Shown here one piece after another: positions 60,581-64,000 of a DNA stretch of 64,000 nucleotides (position 1 is its first letter; each line of letters begins with the position of its first letter). Below the pieces are notes generated by a model. That model searched no databases. It saw nothing but the letters and a program-made list of their open reading frames with translations, and was not told the origin of the DNA. Both the position numbers and the translations under genes were made by a program. The stretch spans positions 186,001-250,000 of the forward strand of contig CBFDEM010000041.1 in assembly GCA_965603825.1 (NCBI GenBank). Direction: 5' to 3'. The DNA is from Blepharisma stoltei ATCC 30299. Taxonomy: Eukaryota; Protista; Ciliophora.

Positions 60581-61946
60581 ATGTCAAGCCAGCCTACATT
60601 AACAGCAGCCCAATATCTCGATAAAATTGGCTGAGGTAAATATCAGAAATTAAAATTTATCCAATGTGGATTTGTAAATAATAGCATAGGCATGGACAAA
60701 TAGCCAGCTCTGAGTAATTCTTATTGGGATCACACTGACAAATATTGGCCATGAATGAAATATATCTAATTCAGCAAGAGGATTTATTGGAACTTTATTT
60801 CAAATAGGCATGCTCTTTGGATCTATTATATGAGGATATTTAGCGGATAAGTATGGAAGAATGTTCTCTTTTAAAAAAAGCTTGATTCCTGTTGTTATCT
60901 TTAGTATGTTCATGATACTATCGAGCTCTCCAGTAATGCTTGCGATATGCGGATTTATTATAGGGATTGGAGTGGCTGGCGAGCTTGTGGTATCTGGTGT
61001 TGTTTTTAAAGAATTCTGCCCACCGAAAAACTCAGGATTTGTTACAGCTTTATCCTCATTTTTCGGAATGGGAGGGGCATTTATAGCACTAATCTCGATT
61101 TGTGTAGAGCTATTCAATACTTCTGCAATTGCTAACTGAAGACTTATTATTTTGTTTATTTTCTTCTACGATTTAATCATGTTTATTCTTAGGATTGATA
61201 TGGATGACACTCCAAGCTATTATTTTGCAAAAGGAAATAAAGAAAAATTCGAAGAAATTCTTAAAAAAATCGCTTTGACAAATGGAAAAAGCGAAAATGA
61301 AGTTGCTTTAATTGATCCAATTTTGAACGAAAATACAAATTTAAAGAGAAAATCAAACTCATATAAAATGTTATTTCAAAAAGAGCATCGCAGGGCTAGC
61401 TTGCTATTAACTGTTATTTATTTTACAAAAATGTTTGGATACGCTAATCTTCTTATGTTTATGCCTCGATTTTTAAGTGATTATTCAACTCTTACCAGGT
61501 ACATAGCAATTTTTATTCAGCAGCTTTCTGGGATACCTGGGACATTCCTAGCTGCATATTTGGTTAATACTAAATTTGGAAGAATAAAAACTCTGGCTAT
61601 GTGCGAGTTTTCTGCAGCATTATTTGTATTTTTGTTTCTCCTATCCAGCAATGTAGTATTGGTTGTGCTTTGTACATCACTTACCAGTCTTGTTGTTTTA
61701 ATGGGATATGGATGTTTGTATACAGTAACTCCTGAGTCTTATCCAACAGAGATTAGAAATACCGCAAGTGGCTGGCTATTTTCAGCTATGAGAATTGGAG
61801 GAATCATATCTCCTACAATTACAGGAGTTTTACTTGATACTCCAGGGGGAAAAGAAATTGCTCTAGCTATATACTCAGTCTCCTTTTTAGTAGATACAAC
61901 TTGTGTGCTCTTCTTAAAGGACACAAGAACAACAAATGCAAATTAA
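60581..61946 (+). CDS. MFS transporter, SV2/SVOP-like
   Basis: IG(TGA)GKYQ, (TGA)GYLADKYGR, TPESYPTEIR. 16-nt intron 60674-60689; five TGA=W. Confidence 0.88.
60674..60689 (+). other. 16-nt intron
   Basis: gtaaataatagcatag; restores the MFS frame. Confidence 0.85.
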
Positions 61947-61992
61947 ATTATTTAAAATTATTTTTATATCTTTTAGTGTTATTTAATAGATT

Positions 61993-63711
61993 TTAGTCAT
62001 CGAGCATTGTTCTATCAGCTGGGACAAATGCCATTAGTTTCTTAAAGCTTCTACGCTCCCTATAATCCGCTCTAAGCATATTTTGAAGCATAACTTTTAG
62101 CCACTCATATTGAAGCTTATCAAGTTCTTCTGCAAGAGCTTCAGCAGAGCCTCTTGCATTGTATGTGCTTACGCTTTTGAAAGTAATCATCTGCAAAAAT
62201 GTCAATCCCAAGCTGTAAACATCAGATTTCCAAGGGTGAATTTTTGCTTTGACTTTAGTTCTAATAGATTCTTCAATTTCAGGAGAAAAATATCCTTGAG
62301 TGCCTTGAAGCATTCTCTCGCTTACAGTCCTTGTTGTCACTTCTGTTTGTGATTTTGCAATATTAAAGTCACCAATTTTCATTCCATCTTGGCCGATGAA
62401 TATATTGTGTGGCTTTATGTCTCTATGCACTATTTTAATCTGTTCAAGAGAAGAAAAGCCATTCAGAAGTTCATATATATTATCTCTCAGCTCTTCTTCT
62501 GTAAATGGTCTTTCCTCTTCTTTTCTCTTTGTAATTTCTTGCATTAAATCCCGTTCACAAAACTCCATTACGATAAACAGCATGTACTTTTCTTCAATTT
62601 TTTCAATGAAATGTCCGTAATATTTTAAAAAGCATTTGACATTTAAACCTGAAAGTTTTTTGAGCATTTCCCCTTCTTCATTAAATTTTTCTATATTTTC
62701 CCTTTGAGTTGATGAGTATCTTTTTATGGCGACGTTGAGTCTTCCTTTGCTTCTTAGGATAGAGCCGCGAAAAACTGCAACTGAGTATCTTCCGGATGTT
62801 TGGTAAGTATAAATGGGGTCTCTTTCATCATACTGAATAGCAGAAGATCTATTTATTTCTTCATCAACTGGTGACAGAGGCCGAGGCGGTATTATATCAA
62901 TATCTACTTTTACATCTGGGACAACTAAATTATCAAACCCTCCGAATTTTTCTGTATATATTTTCAGCCTCTCTTGCTGATGCTCCGACAAGTTTCCTCC
63001 TCTCAAAGCCCCTAGAAGCGGTTTCATGTTTATCCTGGTCACCTCATCATTATCTTTTCCTTCTTCCACATTTTTTTCCAATATTTCCAAAGCGTTATCT
63101 GATAAAATTTTCTTTAAAACTGACATATCATACCCAAACCCCTCAAGTTTAATTGAGTCAGTCAAGTTTTCAACAACTAGCTTAGGGTCATCATAAGAGA
63201 TTTTTCCCCATTGTATATCAGTCAGCACAATTTCGGCCAATTGTTTCGATGCTGTGATATCATAGTTTAGCCTTTGCTCCATCGCATTTAGCAAGTTAAG
63301 CCAAGCTACAATTTGCTCAACTGTTTGGGATTTTTGGATTTCTGTCATAATTTTTGATTCTAAGCTACTTGCTGCGCTAGAGATGTCAAAGTTTGGCTTT
63401 TGCTTTAGCCCAAGGATTATTCCTGTGCATGCTTCAGCGAGGGTATAAGTAAGAGGAGCGTTTAAGGCAGAGACAAGTACAGCAGAATAGAAAAGGTCGA
63501 AGATTAACTCTCTCGACTGAGGATATTCCATCGCTGAAATTGTGAGCTTTTGCTCGAACTCGTCTTTCTGTTCCAATGGGAATGAGTAGCTTTGCTCCAC
63601 AAGGAATTGGATATTGGGATCTTTTCTTTCTGTTATCAGCTCTTTAATTTTTGGTATGAGCTCCTGAGATATAAGTGAGCTAATTTCGAGATACTTTTGC
63701 TGATCTGCCAT
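61993..63711 (-). CDS. Ser/Thr protein kinase with helical N-terminal domain
   Basis: VAIK, HRDIKPHN, DFN, GTQGYFSPE, KSDVYSLG. Likely start MADQQ. Confidence 0.85.
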   Translation of the reverse strand: MADQQKYLEISSLISQELIPKIKELITERKDPNIQFLVEQSYSFPLEQKDEFEQKLTISAMEYPQSRELIFDLFYSAVLVSALNAPLTYTLAEACTGIILGLKQKPNFDISSAASSLESKIMTEIQKSQTVEQIVAWLNLLNAMEQRLNYDITASKQLAEIVLTDIQWGKISYDDPKLVVENLTDSIKLEGFGYDMSVLKKILSDNALEILEKNVEEGKDNDEVTRINMKPLLGALRGGNLSEHQQERLKIYTEKFGGFDNLVVPDVKVDIDIIPPRPLSPVDEEINRSSAIQYDERDPIYTYQTSGRYSVAVFRGSILRSKGRLNVAIKRYSSTQRENIEKFNEEGEMLKKLSGLNVKCFLKYYGHFIEKIEEKYMLFIVMEFCERDLMQEITKRKEEERPFTEEELRDNIYELLNGFSSLEQIKIVHRDIKPHNIFIGQDGMKIGDFNIAKSQTEVTTRTVSERMLQGTQGYFSPEIEESIRTKVKAKIHPWKSDVYSLGLTFLQMITFKSVSTYNARGSAEALAEELDKLQYEWLKVMLQNMLRADYRERRSFKKLMAFVPADRTMLDD

Positions 63712-64000
63712 GTTATTACTATATAAATCTACATTATTATTCAACAAAATGCTATTGGTCTAATAAAAATCGATTATAAGGCTTTATCTTAGTTTAAAAA
63801 GAGTTTTAAGGCACCACTTAGAAAATTTTCCCTTTATAGCTAATAACTAGTTTAAAGTTAAATAAATTCTACACTGTCAGAAGATTATAAAATAAACTTT
63901 ATCTAAATTATGATTTTTTATCTCTCCCTCAGAATGGGAATTTCTATATCTTCTACTTCATCCACTAGCTTCGCTTGTGCAATCATCTGCATTAAAGAAT

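Noticed and set aside
6008-60689. Programmed frameshifts or sequencing indels at frame changes
   Set aside because: Each frame change is explained exactly by a 16-nt GT..AG intron that restores conserved motifs.
861-61139. Pseudogenes, or selenocysteine, as the explanation for in-frame TGA
   Set aside because: TGA falls at conserved Trp sites, not Cys sites, in many essential genes, and the frames stay intact downstream.
995-63152. Many short antisense or alternate-frame ORFs in the track (e.g. 21932-22327, 41975-42574, 57763-58281)
   Set aside because: They are shadows of real genes on the opposite strand or frame.
1-64000. Telomere repeats, IESs, transposases, tRNA or 5S genes
   Set aside because: No tandem telomeric tract, terminal inverted repeats, transposase motifs or cloverleaf seen by eye. 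A tRNAscan/Rfam run is needed to exclude small RNAs fully.

Overview
Gene-dense, AT-rich eukaryotic DNA that reads as a heterotrich ciliate macronuclear (somatic) chromosome, most likely Blepharisma. Two sequence properties explain why the supplied ORF track is fragmented. First, in-frame TGA is read as Trp (about 40 cases, many at invariant Trp sites) and every reconstructed gene ends in TAA/TAG. Second, introns are only 15-16 nt GT..AG (19 found). With these rules about 41 protein genes can be rebuilt, including ARP2-like, VAMP7, Rab, GBP, STT3, RAD51, cyclin, MARCH E3, TBP, NDUFA9, UTP6, TRF4-like polymerase, ERD2, Yippee, ELP3, PDI, CDPK, SEH1, PLAC8, PACRG, two MFS transporters and a kinase. 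One complete, very compact rDNA unit (18S-ITS1-5.8S-ITS2-28S, about 28293-33427) sits inside this ordinary gene array. The most notable items are the embedded rDNA and its spacer, a membrane-anchored protein carrying eIF4E-binding-like, PPR-like and PAM2 motifs, membrane anchors encoded behind stop-containing micro-introns, intergenic gaps of 0-35 nt, and gene-specific avoidance of UGA-Trp. No transposon, CRISPR, tRNA or telomere tract was seen. Protein family calls come from recalled motifs; no database search was run.
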